A stretch of 64,000 nt of DNA from NCBI GenBank assembly GCA_000092065.1, contig CP000590.1; one strand, 5' to 3'. The DNA comes from Ostreococcus lucimarinus (Eukaryota). The position numbers were made by a program, and so were the translations under genes. The notes beneath the pieces are model-generated. The model did not search any database. It was not told the origin of the DNA and saw nothing but the letters and a program-made list of their open reading frames with translations. This document shows, piece by piece, positions 31,693 through 42,161 of this stretch; position 1 is the first letter of the stretch, and each line of letters begins with the position of its first letter.

Positions 31693-33423
31693 TTAGGCCA
31701 CTGGGGCGAGCTCGACGCCCGGCTCGTCGTCGGCGTCGAGCTCGCGACCGGCGGTTTCGACGGCGAGCGAGAGCGCGGCGGCGCACGCGACGGCGGCGAC
31801 GGCGATGAAGACGACGACGGAGAGCGTCAGATGTCCGGACTCAATCAAAGTCACAGCGAATATCGGGCATGTTATTCCACCGATGCGCGCGAACCCGTTT
31901 CCGAGGCCGACACCGGTCGAACGGATCGACGTCGGATAGACTTCGCCGGCGAATATGTACAAGACGGTGAACGCCGCGAACGCGGCGCTTCTTCCACCGA
32001 AGAGCATGATGTCACGAACCGCCTTACTTATGCTCGATGAAGCCACGGGGAGCAAGAACACAGCGGTGGCAATCACGGTGAACGCCATCGAGCGCCTGCG
32101 ACCGATCTTGTCGACGATCATAATCGCGACGATCAAGCCTGGAATTTCGCCGAACGAGCTGAGAAAGATGTCGGCGTACTCGCCGTCGCTCAAATGTGGC
32201 GCACCGTGCGCTAGACACGCCAACTCTCCCCCACGCTTGGACTCGTCGTCGCGCACGTTGAGTGACGTTGTGAGAAGGACAATGCCGTAGTACAAAAACG
32301 CCACACCGAAGAAAATCACCCAAACCAAGAGAGACGTCTTCGCGTGCTTCTTGGACAGCAACGCGCGAACGCCGCTCGGAACGAACCTTTGCATCATCGT
32401 AGAAGACGACGCTCCCGACGCGCCCATGCCATACGAAGTACGATCTTCGAACTCGCCACTCGATGACGCGCGATCGTTCGGCCCCACGAGCTCGCCCTGC
32501 GGTAGAGATTTACCATTCGTCGCCGCGACGCGACGCAACGTCTCCTTCGCCTCCTCCATTCGACCGGCGTTTACCGAGTACAAGACGCTCTCCGGGACGA
32601 TAAAGATGCATGCGATCAATCCAAGCAACGGCGCCGCTGAAATCAACAGTAAAACTCGCCACGAATGCCGCGGAAGCACGATCCACGCCAGCGCGGACTC
32701 CAACATCGATCCCAGCGTCCAAAACGCCTCAATGTACGACAAGCGCGCGCCGCGATTTTCCCTCGGTAAAAACTCCATGAACAACCCGTACGCCACGGGT
32801 ACCCCACCCAAACCAACGCCCACGAGGCATCTAAAGAACAACACGCTCCCGAAGCTCCCGCCCAGCGCGCTTCCGATCCCCGCCGCGAGCGTCGTCGTCG
32901 AGCTGAACAGCAGCGCCGGCTTCCGACCGCGCGCGTCGCTCACCACTCCCCACGCCGGCGCCCCGAGAGCCATTCCCACGAACACCACGCTCGTCAGCGC
33001 GCCTTCCGCGTCGCTCGACACCCCGAATTCGCATCGCATCGCGGGTCCGATGAAACTGAGCAGCATCATCTCCATCGCGTCCGCCGCCCACGCGAAACCG
33101 ACGAAGCACAGCGCGTGGATTTGAAACTTCCCGAATCCCACGTGATCGAGCGCCTCGTTCGCGGTGTACGTTCGTCGACGCGCATCGTCGCCGTCGCCGT
33201 CGCCGTCGTCGTTCGGCGCGTCGAGGGCGACGACGACGAATTCGCCGCGCGGCGTCGCGGCGTCGAGCAGGCCGAGTCTTTGGTCGTCGGCGTCGTCATC
33301 GCGCGCGTCGTCGCGCGCGGTGGACGCCGCGCCGTCGGGCGCGCGCGGTGGACGCGGGATGTCGCCGCCGTCGTCGTCGTCGACGTCGGCGTCGACGTCG
33401 ACGTCGGGCGCGGCGGCGGACAT
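31693..33423 (-). CDS. MFS transporter, SVOP/SV2-like
   Basis: ATG verified at 33423. 12-helix MFS pattern. Sugar-transporter-like motifs (GRKP after TM2, PESV before TM7). Acidic N-terminal extension. Confidence 0.8.
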   Translation of the reverse strand: MSAAAPDVDVDADVDDDDGGDIPRPPRAPDGAASTARDDARDDDADDQRLGLLDAATPRGEFVVVALDAPNDDGDGDGDDARRRTYTANEALDHVGFGKFQIHALCFVGFAWAADAMEMMLLSFIGPAMRCEFGVSSDAEGALTSVVFVGMALGAPAWGVVSDARGRKPALLFSSTTTLAAGIGSALGGSFGSVLFFRCLVGVGLGGVPVAYGLFMEFLPRENRGARLSYIEAFWTLGSMLESALAWIVLPRHSWRVLLLISAAPLLGLIACIFIVPESVLYSVNAGRMEEAKETLRRVAATNGKSLPQGELVGPNDRASSSGEFEDRTSYGMGASGASSSTMMQRFVPSGVRALLSKKHAKTSLLVWVIFFGVAFLYYGIVLLTTSLNVRDDESKRGGELACLAHGAPHLSDGEYADIFLSSFGEIPGLIVAIMIVDKIGRRRSMAFTVIATAVFLLPVASSSISKAVRDIMLFGGRSAAFAAFTVLYIFAGEVYPTSIRSTGVGLGNGFARIGGITCPIFAVTLIESGHLTLSVVVFIAVAAVACAAALSLAVETAGRELDADDEPGVELAPVA

Positions 33424-33601
33424 CGCGATGTGGGGACGGCGCGCGCGTCGCGTCGAACGCGAACGCGAGCGAGCGCGGCGACGGTTTAGATGTCGGGTCG
33501 GTTCCCGATGTTACAAGAATGTGGACGCGCGAAATGCTCGCATCGCCCGCATCGCTAGGGTTTGAATGCACATCTACGACGCGCCGAGGGGCGAGAAAGA
33601 A

Positions 33602-34456
33602 TTACAGAGAAGAGACGCGCTCGTGCTGCGCCGCGTTGGCGACGTGTTGGCCGATTTGGCGCATGCACGCGTCCTCGCGGTAGAGCATGCCGCGCAACGT
33701 TTGGCCGTTGACGCGCACCGTCATGAAGTATCCCGTGTCGAAAGTGCCGTCGATGAGACCTTCGACTTTCATGCCGGTCAAATCGGCGCTTCCCGGAGGA
33801 TTGGTCGGCTTCAAGCCGTCTTGATCCATGACGTTGACGACGTCGTGCTGCAAAAAGTGCATCGGATCGTGCGCCGAAGCGTGGTGGTGATGGTGCATGT
33901 GCGACTTCGGGGCGTCGAATTGAGAGTTGACGACCACGGGCATCGAGCTCGGGTTGAACGGCATGAACAAGTCGCTCAAGTTGTGGTGGTCGTTCCCCCA
34001 CGCGTACGGGTCGCGCTCGTGGTGCGAGTGCTCGTCCGTGTGATCGACGTGATCCATGAACGCATTGTGGAACCCGTTATGCATCATCGGCGCCGAATCC
34101 TTCGCATTCGATGGCTTGCGCAACGACGTGTGATCCCCAGAGCTCGTCTTCGGAGGTCGACCGCGTCGACGTTTGGGCGCCGGGTCGCTCCCCGAGCCCG
34201 TGGCTTTCTGCTTCTTCGCGCGTCCGCCCGACGACGGCGCCTGCGGCATCCCACCCTCGGCGATCAATCGCGCCTGTTCGACGCGAGCCTTATCGATGTG
34301 TTTCTCCTTCTCTTCCCTCGTCATCGCCTTCCATCGATTACCGATCACCTTTTCGATGCCCATCTGCATCTCCGCGCGCGACAACAGCGTCGAGTCGCGC
34401 AGCACGAGTCGCATCTCGCTCGCGAACATGTTAAACGCCAACAAGTTCGGGCTCAT
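33602..34456 (-). CDS. HMG-box-like / AT-hook DNA-binding protein, His-rich
   Basis: The track start at 34480 is TTG. First ATG is 34456. HMG-like helices (LLAFNMF...NRWKAMTREEKEKHIDKA). AT-hook KRRRGRPPK. Intron-like ACTGAC...CGTAG lies directly upstream, so an extra 5' exon is possible. Confidence 0.45.
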   Translation of the reverse strand: MSPNLLAFNMFASEMRLVLRDSTLLSRAEMQMGIEKVIGNRWKAMTREEKEKHIDKARVEQARLIAEGGMPQAPSSGGRAKKQKATGSGSDPAPKRRRGRPPKTSSGDHTSLRKPSNAKDSAPMMHNGFHNAFMDHVDHTDEHSHHERDPYAWGNDHHNLSDLFMPFNPSSMPVVVNSQFDAPKSHMHHHHHASAHDPMHFLQHDVVNVMDQDGLKPTNPPGSADLTGMKVEGLIDGTFDTGYFMTVRVNGQTLRGMLYREDACMRQIGQHVANAAQHERVSSL

Positions 34457-35039
34457 GCTGAGCTCGCGATACGTTTTCAAATTCTACGCTCGCGACGAAA
34501 CGACGCGCGCCGTCAGTCCTCCGCGTTCGTTCCCGCGCGCGCGCGCGCGCGCCCCCCACGCGCCCCCTCCCACTTCCGGGTGTCTCCACGCGCCGCGTCC
34601 GCGTCTTATCCGCCCCCCGCGCGTCCCGCGCGTCCCGCGCGTCCCGCGCGCGCGTCCCGCGCGTCGCGCGCCCGTCCCATCGCTCGCGCGCGTCTCGCGC
34701 GTCACGCACCGTATCGCTCCCCTTCCGGCTGTACCGCGACATCGTCGCCGGCCGTCGCCCCCCGTCGTCGTCGCGCGCGCCCGGTCGTTGCCCGTCGTCG
34801 ATCCGCGCGCGCGTCGTCGACCCTCGCGTCGTCTCGCGCGGCCGTCGATCGATCGATCGATCGCGCGCGCGTGCCCGCGTTCGCGCGTTCGCGTCTCGCG
34901 CGTCGTCGACGCCGTCGCCGTCGTCGCGCACTGCGGCCGCGTCGTCGCTTCGCGCGCTGACGCGGCGCGGTGACTGCGCGCGGTCGATCTCGACCCGGGT
35001 GTTTCGCGCGCTTGAATACGTGAATACGCGCGCGATCGC

Positions 35040-35340
35040 GCCGTCGTCGCGCGCGCGGGCCTAGGCTAGGTTAATTCCCGCGAGGGGGGTCGAATTTAAT
35101 CGTCGAGGCTTTTTTTTATTTTTCGGCGCCGCGCGTCGACGTCGACGTCGTCGTCGCGCGATTCGAGGGGTTTGATGGTGATTACGTACGTGATATACGT
35201 AATCATGGGGTCGGTGTGTACCCCCCTCGTGATGGGGGGTACACGCGCCGGGGGCCGCGCGCGGGGCGTGTACCCCCGCGTGTACCCCCCTCTGTGGATC
35301 GTTTTTTCGAAAAAAGAAGTTTATTTCTCGCGACCCCTCG
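35040..35340. promoter_or_regulatory. AT-rich island with clustered perfect palindromes in the divergent promoter between the HMG/AT-hook gene and PAM16
   Basis: The only AT-rich patch in this region. Hairpins GATTACGTA-cgtgata-TACGTAATC (35180..35204) and GTGTACCCCCC-tcgtgat-GGGGGGTACAC (35215..35243). T-runs. GTGTACCCCC direct repeats. Imperfect TTAATTC...GAATTTAA palindrome at about 35070. Confidence 0.3.
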
Positions 35341-35544
35341 CGGCGCGGCGCGGCGGCGCGCGCGGGCCGACGCCTCCGCGCGGTCGGTCGCCGACGCGCG
35401 CGCGCTTGAATACGCGTCGCGGTTTTTTTTCACGAGCCGTCGACGCGCCGCGCGCGGCGCGATTGGCGTGCTCGCGAACGCGCGTCGATCGCGCGAGACG
35501 AACGCCGGACGTCGACGCGTCGAGCGAGCGCGTCGCGGACGGGC

Positions 35545-35991
35545 ATGGCGTCGCGCGCGCTCGCGAACCTGCTCGTCGCCGGCGGCGCCGCGCTCGCGCG
35601 CGCGGCGTCGCAGGCGTACCGCCAGGCGCTCGCGAACGCGCAGCGCACGGGCGTCGCGAGCGAGGCGGCGAACGCGGCGTCGGGCGCGCGGGGGGCGTTC
35701 GGGAGGAAGGCGATGACGGCGGAGGAGGCGCGACTCGTGCTGGGGGTCGAGGCCTCGGCGACGTACGCCGAGGTGCTCGCGCGGTACGAGCGGCTGTTCG
35801 CGAGCAACGAAAAGGGTGGGTCGTTTTACCTGCAGAGCAAGGTGTACAGGGCGCGGGAGAGCCTGGAGAGAGAGTACGACGAGGAGACGGTGCGAAGGGA
35901 GCGGGAGGCGGCGGCGGCGCGAAGGGACGGGACGCAGGGGGTCGTGGAGGACGGACGCGAGGCGGGGGGGGGGGGCGCGTCGTCGTCGTGA
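35545..35991 (+). CDS. PAM16: Mitochondrial import motor subunit PAM16/TIM16 (Magmas)
   Basis: ATG at 35545. J-like domain MTAEEARLVLGV...YERLFASNEKGGSFYLQSKVYRARE typical of PAM16. Confidence 0.85.
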   Translation: MASRALANLLVAGGAALARAASQAYRQALANAQRTGVASEAANAASGARGAFGRKAMTAEEARLVLGVEASATYAEVLARYERLFASNEKGGSFYLQSKVYRARESLEREYDEETVRREREAAAARRDGTQGVVEDGREAGGGGASSS

Positions 35992-36045
35992 ACGACGGCG
36001 GCGGCGCGCGTTTCGCGTTTCGCGTTTTAATGAAAGAGCTAGACG

Positions 36046-39000
36046 TTATAGAGGTTGAGGAGAATGGACGGTCGCGGCGATGTGGTGGCGAGCGAAACCG
36101 AGGGCGAAGGTAGCGGAGGCGCGATGACGCTCGACGACGTCTTCGAGCGCGGAGTTGAACTCGGTCGCGTCCGAGGCTTCGGCGGCGAACCACGCGAGAG
36201 CGCGGGATTTGGCGTCTTCGGCGTCCGCGATGAGGACGCCACACGCGGTCGAGCACGCGCGTCTGAACGTGTGGATTTCTGCCGATCGACTCGCGCGTTC
36301 CGCGCGCTCGCGGACGTCGCTGCCGCCGCACACGAGCGCCATAAATCGGGCGAGCGAATCGTAGGATAACGCGTGAAACGCGGCGGGGATGACGCCGCGC
36401 GCGAACATCGCGGGAGCGCTCCCGCTTTCGATCACGTTTTTCGGCCACTCACACAGTTTTGCGATGGCGTCAAATACGGTGTCCATGCGCGATTGCGACC
36501 AATCGTTGTCGACGACGACGTCGAGAAGCGCGAAGTCCACGTCTCGCGCGAGATCCGCTTGGGCGTTCGCACGCACCGGCGTACGTTTTGTCGCTCCGGT
36601 CTTGAGCTGATCCAACAGCGCGCGAATATTCGTCCAACTGACCGTCGCGTCGCAATCGACGATTTCGGTGCGCGCGCGATTTGCGATGGCGTCGAGCAAC
36701 AAGACGCGTCTTCGGAGCGAGTCGCGCGCGTCTGAAAAATACCACGCGTACGGGATTTCCGTGTTTTCATCGCCATGAGCGCTCGTTTCGATCGGATTCG
36801 ACCACCACTCCGCGCTCGACAGTGCGGGATCTTTTCCACAAGGCGCGAGCCAGGCCGGGTTGGTTTTGAAATCGTCCAAGTACGTCCACGCGTCGCTCGA
36901 TTCGTCGTCTTTGTCCCAGCGCGCGGTATCGGCGTTCGTGCGCGTCAAATCGCACACGTCCTCGGCGTACTCCATCAACCCTTCGAGCATGTTCAATCGG
37001 AACTCATCGATGTTGGGAAAATCATCCATGTCGCCCGCGAGGCGGTTGATGCCGTTGATGCCGATCATCAGATTCGCCGTCATGCCTGCGGCGATGGAGT
37101 GCGCGTCTCGAATCGTGCGGAAAAACTCCGCAAACTCGAGAACTTTCGTGTACTTTCCATTCATCGCAGCTAAAGTGGCGCTTTGTGAAACTTGCCGCTC
37201 GATTTCATGGCGTAACTGCTGTAGACGAGTGCCCAAAAATTCCTCGGTGATGCCGGGAGGCGCGCCACTCGAGCACGCGGGAAGGGCGTGATGCAACAGC
37301 GTAGACATCTGCACGTGCTTCATATCCACCAACTCCAACGTTTCGAGCGCCAGACCAGCGGCGCCTAGGAGCGTGTAGATCGCGGTCAAGCTGAACCTCA
37401 ACGACGCGTTGTATGGCGATTTCTTCAAGCCAACCTCGAGCGCCGCGGCGGCGGCGTAAAGCGCGTTGACGGCGCCGTCGTCGTCTCCATTTTCTTTGCA
37501 CGCAGCCGCTTCGCCGGCGAGTGCGCACGATGCTAAATACGGGAATACGTCTATGGCGGTTGGTTCTCGCGCGTCCGCATCGGCGAACAGATTCATATGA
37601 TCCCAGTACAAATTCATGAACCGACTCGCCGCGGCGCGGCCGCGGAGCGGCATCGACGCCGCTGGCGAATTCCTCGCGACGCCGTGCCAGGACGGACAAC
37701 ACGCGTTTAAATCGACACATATGAGCAGTGCAGACGTCACCCTCCGCAAAACCGTGATCGCGAGCTTCTTCGAAGCATCGTCTCCCGTCGTGACGCTCGG
37801 AATATGTTCCTCGCCGCGCCCTCGAAGTGTTTCGATCAGCCATTCGCGAGCACCGTCGGCGCCGCGAAGCGCCTGCGCATATCTTCGCATATCCTGCGCA
37901 CAACTGGTCCATGCCCCGAAACGTTCGTGATACGTCGCAACAGCCTCGGCGAGCGCACGATACCGCGTGTCTTCATCGCCTTCGTCTAATAACCTATACA
38001 TCAAGTCCACCTGCAAAATGTACGCCCCACGCCCGACTTCGCGTTCGCCACCCTTTTCCTCGGCGTTGGCGACGACGCTCTCGACAAACTTCGTCGCAGC
38101 GACGATATCGATGGACTTCATTTTCGGTCGAACGGTCGGAAAGTTCGATATGCGAGGAACTGATCTCCCGGATATCGACAATTTAGCATCCATCTCCTCG
38201 GCCAACGCCGCGTCGCCGCGACACAAATCCAAAATCGCGTTCATCGACATCCAATCATCCGGGGCGAGCTCGAGAACCTTTTCGTGATGCTTTCGCGCTT
38301 CCGCCATCTTCCCCGCCTTGAGGGCGTAACGCGCCCGCATGCGTTCGCGCTCGATCGGCATCGGCACGCACGTGTCTGCGAGCGCCGACTTCGTCAAATC
38401 GTACGCCTCGTCCGTTTGCCCCATCAACGCCATCGTCATCGCGTACATCGAGAACGAATCCTGATCCTTGATTTCATCCTTCCCACGAAGCTTACCAAGC
38501 ATCCCATTCGCGAGTTTCAACAGCGTTTCCGCCCCCATCCCGTTAGTTTCGCCGCTGGAAGTCGTAGTCTTCGCCTCCGCCGCCTCCGCCTCGCGTTGCG
38601 CCAACATCGACGTTATGGCTTTCAACAAATCCTTCGTATTCCCAGTCGCCTTATACATTCGCATGGCCACGCTCTGTTGTTTTCCGAATTCCCACGTCTC
38701 GCCGTAATCCGCGTACAGCGTCTGTAGCGACGTCATGTGCGTCGGATTCAGTCGCAGCGTGTGTTCGAGCAGCTTGCGCATTTCGCTCCGCCTGGACATC
38801 TCTTTAAACGTCATCAGCACCACGCGCAAGACGTCTTCGTCCACCGCGCCCTCGTCACGGATCGCGACGGCGATGTTCAATGCGTCCTGTTCGTTCGCCA
38901 TCGCATCCGCGCGCCACAGCGCGAGAGCTTTCAGCGCGCGCGCGAGTTGGAAACGCGGATGCTTTTTGAGCGTCTTGTCGAGCGACTTTAACGCCCGCGC

Positions 39001-39072
39001 GGGGTCTTCGCGGTCTAGGGCGTCGTACGCCGGGTTGAGCTCGCGCTGTGAATCTCTTGGGTTGAGCTGCAT
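36046..39072 (-). CDS. NAA25: N-terminal acetyltransferase B auxiliary subunit NAA25/MDM20 (TPR protein)
   Basis: ATG verified at 39072. The N-terminus (PAYDALD...KSLDKTLKKHP...ALKALALWR) aligns to NAA25. About 1000 aa of TPR-like helical repeats. Confidence 0.8.
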   Translation of the reverse strand: MQLNPRDSQRELNPAYDALDREDPARALKSLDKTLKKHPRFQLARALKALALWRADAMANEQDALNIAVAIRDEGAVDEDVLRVVLMTFKEMSRRSEMRKLLEHTLRLNPTHMTSLQTLYADYGETWEFGKQQSVAMRMYKATGNTKDLLKAITSMLAQREAEAAEAKTTTSSGETNGMGAETLLKLANGMLGKLRGKDEIKDQDSFSMYAMTMALMGQTDEAYDLTKSALADTCVPMPIERERMRARYALKAGKMAEARKHHEKVLELAPDDWMSMNAILDLCRGDAALAEEMDAKLSISGRSVPRISNFPTVRPKMKSIDIVAATKFVESVVANAEEKGGEREVGRGAYILQVDLMYRLLDEGDEDTRYRALAEAVATYHERFGAWTSCAQDMRRYAQALRGADGAREWLIETLRGRGEEHIPSVTTGDDASKKLAITVLRRVTSALLICVDLNACCPSWHGVARNSPAASMPLRGRAAASRFMNLYWDHMNLFADADAREPTAIDVFPYLASCALAGEAAACKENGDDDGAVNALYAAAAALEVGLKKSPYNASLRFSLTAIYTLLGAAGLALETLELVDMKHVQMSTLLHHALPACSSGAPPGITEEFLGTRLQQLRHEIERQVSQSATLAAMNGKYTKVLEFAEFFRTIRDAHSIAAGMTANLMIGINGINRLAGDMDDFPNIDEFRLNMLEGLMEYAEDVCDLTRTNADTARWDKDDESSDAWTYLDDFKTNPAWLAPCGKDPALSSAEWWSNPIETSAHGDENTEIPYAWYFSDARDSLRRRVLLLDAIANRARTEIVDCDATVSWTNIRALLDQLKTGATKRTPVRANAQADLARDVDFALLDVVVDNDWSQSRMDTVFDAIAKLCEWPKNVIESGSAPAMFARGVIPAAFHALSYDSLARFMALVCGGSDVRERAERASRSAEIHTFRRACSTACGVLIADAEDAKSRALAWFAAEASDATEFNSALEDVVERHRASATFALGFARHHIAATVHSPQPL

Positions 39073-39230
39073 GGCGCGCGTCGAACGTCGCGCGCGCGCG
39101 GGACGATGGACGAGCGCCGGCGTGTGCTGCGCCGGTGCTCAAGCGCGGCGGCTGCGAGGTCGGCGGATCGAAACCGCGATATCAATCACCGTAGTCGATG
39201 TCGTGTTGATTACAAGCGGGTGCGCGCGCA

Positions 39231-41069
39231 CTAATCACGTTCGCCGAACATCTCGTCGAAGCTCGACGTGAGCTTGTCTCCGATGTCCTTGAGATCGAAG
39301 CCCGAAGACGACGGCACTTTCGCTTGTCGATTTGGACGCTCGGCCAGAGTGCGCTCGACTTTATCGACGCCATAGCTCGCCAAAGTTTCTGTGGCCACCA
39401 TTCCTAAATTTTTACGCGCGGTGTCCACGTCGTCGATGTTGCCATCCTCTTCGAACTCGCGCAGCTGTGCCTCGGTGAAACCGCCCTCCTTACGCGTGCC
39501 GCTGCGAGCGACGCGGAAGAGTAACCACTTTCCGAACGCGTTCTCGTCGTTCGTTTCCGAGTCCTCGTCCGGAAGTGGGAACAACTTTTCGGCGACGGTC
39601 AACGCCGAGCTTTTACCTCGAACGAATCGCGAGCCGCGAGCGCCGAGCGCCGCCGGTCGCGAGCGGCCTTCGGTGGCCATGAGACCCTTGACCAAGCGCC
39701 AGCCGGCGCGATCGTCCAAGTCGAGCACTTCGAAACCTTCTTCTACTTCAGGTCTCTTCATCACGCGCGAAGCGATGTTATTTCTCCACGCCACGAGATC
39801 GTTACCGTTGTCCTCTAACTCTCGACGGAACTTGATCAAATCGTCGTCCTTCCGCAAGTTTGGCAGGCACATTTGCAAGAACATAACCCCGGTGCTGTAC
39901 ATGTCGAAACGATCTGGGAGGTTGAGCTGCCACAGCACGGGCGACAGAGCTAATGCTACGGGAAGCACAGGTGCCTCTGGGGTCTGTCTACTCATAATGT
40001 ACTCCTCTGGCGCCTTGAAGCGAGGGTCAAAGATGAAATCCTTTGGCGAATAGTTGACGCCAGATCGCAAATCTGCCGCGGCGCCGAGATCAATCAAACG
40101 AAACTTTCCGCTCGATTCGTCAAATAAAATATTTTCTGGCTTGACGTCGCGGTGAACGATACCGGTACCGTGCACGCGCGCGAGCGCGTCTAAGATTTGA
40201 TCCAAGATTTTACCGATGATGATGGACTTGCGTCGCGCCCCCGGCGGTAACCCTCCCGGGGCCTCGCCGTCTTTAAACATGTACGGCTCGACGTTATACG
40301 GGAAATTCTTGTCCTTCATGAGCTCAAACAGCGTACTTTTCCCTTCGTATTTCCACACCAGCCACAGCGACGGCTCGTCGTCTCCCTTCTTCACCGGCGG
40401 ACCCTCGAACGCGGAGACAAAGTCGGCGCACGCCCCCGGGCACGCTATTTGCAACCGCGAGTTCATCCAAACCTCCGCCTCTCCGTAGTCCGTCGCTCGC
40501 TTCAGCACGTACTTTTTCTGGTCGTTCACCCCCGTCGCCTCGTACACCACCCCAAACCCACCCTCTCCCAGTTTTTTCCCGAGCGCGAAATCCTCCAACG
40601 CGTACCGCTTTCGCAGCGTCCCCAACAGCGGTCGCAGCAGATAAAAGTCAACCACCCCCGGAATCACTCCCGGCGTGATCAGCCCGTACGTCGCGGCGAC
40701 CGCCAATATCGTCGCTCCCACCGGCGTGAGCAGCGGCGCGATCTCTCGTCGCAGCTCGGCGTCGAGCGTGCTTCGATATATCGCGTCCCCGCAGTTTTGC
40801 ACCGTGCACGGCAGCCCGACGCCGACGGCGACGTCGCCGAGCGCGCGATGCACCTCGCGCGCCGCGTCCGCGTGCGCGGGGTCGATCGCGCGCGTCTCCG
40901 TCGCGCGCGCGCGTCGTCGTCCGTCGCGCGCGCGCGCGCCCGCGACGCCGACCGCGACGTCGACGTCGCGACGTCGCGGACGCGTCGTCGTCGTTCGCGT
41001 CGCGCGTCGTCCCGCGTCGTCGCACCGCGCGCGCGCGAGCACCGACGGCGGTCGCGTCGGTCGCGCCAT
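39231..41069 (-). CDS. STN7: Thylakoid-associated Ser/Thr protein kinase, STN7/STN8 (Stt7)-like, with organellar presequence
   Basis: Internal ATG verified at 41069. Strong family match: DFALGKKLGEGGFGVVYEA...LKRATDYGEAEVWMNSRL...HRDVKPENILFDE...IDLGAAADLRSGVNYSPKDFIFDPRFKAPEEYIMS. The Arg-rich 5' part of the track ORF is rejected. Confidence 0.8.
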   Translation of the reverse strand: MARPTRPPSVLARARCDDAGRRATRTTTTRPRRRDVDVAVGVAGARARDGRRRARATETRAIDPAHADAAREVHRALGDVAVGVGLPCTVQNCGDAIYRSTLDAELRREIAPLLTPVGATILAVAATYGLITPGVIPGVVDFYLLRPLLGTLRKRYALEDFALGKKLGEGGFGVVYEATGVNDQKKYVLKRATDYGEAEVWMNSRLQIACPGACADFVSAFEGPPVKKGDDEPSLWLVWKYEGKSTLFELMKDKNFPYNVEPYMFKDGEAPGGLPPGARRKSIIIGKILDQILDALARVHGTGIVHRDVKPENILFDESSGKFRLIDLGAAADLRSGVNYSPKDFIFDPRFKAPEEYIMSRQTPEAPVLPVALALSPVLWQLNLPDRFDMYSTGVMFLQMCLPNLRKDDDLIKFRRELEDNGNDLVAWRNNIASRVMKRPEVEEGFEVLDLDDRAGWRLVKGLMATEGRSRPAALGARGSRFVRGKSSALTVAEKLFPLPDEDSETNDENAFGKWLLFRVARSGTRKEGGFTEAQLREFEEDGNIDDVDTARKNLGMVATETLASYGVDKVERTLAERPNRQAKVPSSSGFDLKDIGDKLTSSFDEMFGERD

Positions 41070-41405
41070 CTTCGCGTCCGCGCGCCGTCGTCGTCGTCGC
41101 GCAGTGCGGCGGCGCGACGCCGCGCGCGACGGTTTATCCGCGTCGACGCACCATCCGTCGCGTCTCACTGTTTGCCCATACGAAGGGTGCGTCGCGCCCC
41201 GCCGCGTCGCGCGCGCGCGCGGCACGCGGCGACGCGCGGCGCGACGGCGCGCGATGGCGTCGTTCTGGACGCGCGTCGCGCGCGAGGCGCGAGAGAGCGC
41301 CGGTTCGGTGCGCGCGCGACGCGCGAAGGCTCGAAGACTCGAAGACTCGAAGGCGCGACCGACGCGGACGCGCGCGAGGACTGACGGCGCGACCGCGACG
41401 CGCAG

Positions 41406-41909
41406 ATGGCGCGAATCGCGATCGTCGTCGCGGCGGTGAAGACGCACGCGATCGATCTCACGCTGTGCGTCGGACCGAGCATGATGCCGACGTTCAATCC
41501 GAGCGGGGACGTCGTGGCGGTGGAGAAGCGCGCGGCGCGGCGGCTGCGAAGCGGCGACGAACGATGCGCGCGACGAGGGGACGTCGTGCTCGCGACGTCG
41601 CCGACGAACCCGACGCAGTTGGTGTTTAAACGCGTCGTCGGCGTCGGCGGGGACGTGATCGACGTTCCGTACTCGAACGGGAGGAATTTTAGAGTGACGA
41701 CGACGCGCGTGCGAGTGCCGGTCGGGAGCGTGTGGTTGCAGGGCGATAACGCGAGAAATAGCACGGATAGTCGAGATTACGGGCCCGTGCCCGAGGATAT
41801 GATTCTCGGACGCGCGATCGTGCGCGTGTGGCCGCCGTCGGGGTTCGGATGGGTGGAAAATTCGATGGGAGACGCGCGGTTGGTTCGCGCCGGCGCGGAC
41901 GCCGCGTAG
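41406..41909 (+). CDS. IMP1: Mitochondrial inner membrane protease subunit IMP1/IMP2 (signal peptidase I, S26 family)
   Basis: ATG at 41406. Catalytic Ser motif GPSMMPTF. RGDVV, KRVVGVGGD and GDNxxNSxDSRxxGPV boxes. Confidence 0.8.
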   Translation: MARIAIVVAAVKTHAIDLTLCVGPSMMPTFNPSGDVVAVEKRAARRLRSGDERCARRGDVVLATSPTNPTQLVFKRVVGVGGDVIDVPYSNGRNFRVTTTRVRVPVGSVWLQGDNARNSTDSRDYGPVPEDMILGRAIVRVWPPSGFGWVENSMGDARLVRAGADAA

Positions 41910-42161
41910 CGACTCTTTCGCGCGCGCGGCGTCGATCGCGGCGCGCGGCGTCGTCGCGGTAGATCTAGGTATTAAAACTTCAAATCGCATCGCTCGGTCG
42001 GCGTCGCCGCGTTCGCGTTCGCGGCGCGTTCGCTCGCGACGCTTCGCCTCGTTTCGCTCCCTCGAACGAGCTCTGAAATCGACGCGCTTTCGCGCGCAAA
42101 CTGTTGACATTTTTCAAAATTCGAACCGCGCGCGCGCGACGCCGCACACGCGGTCGTCGCC

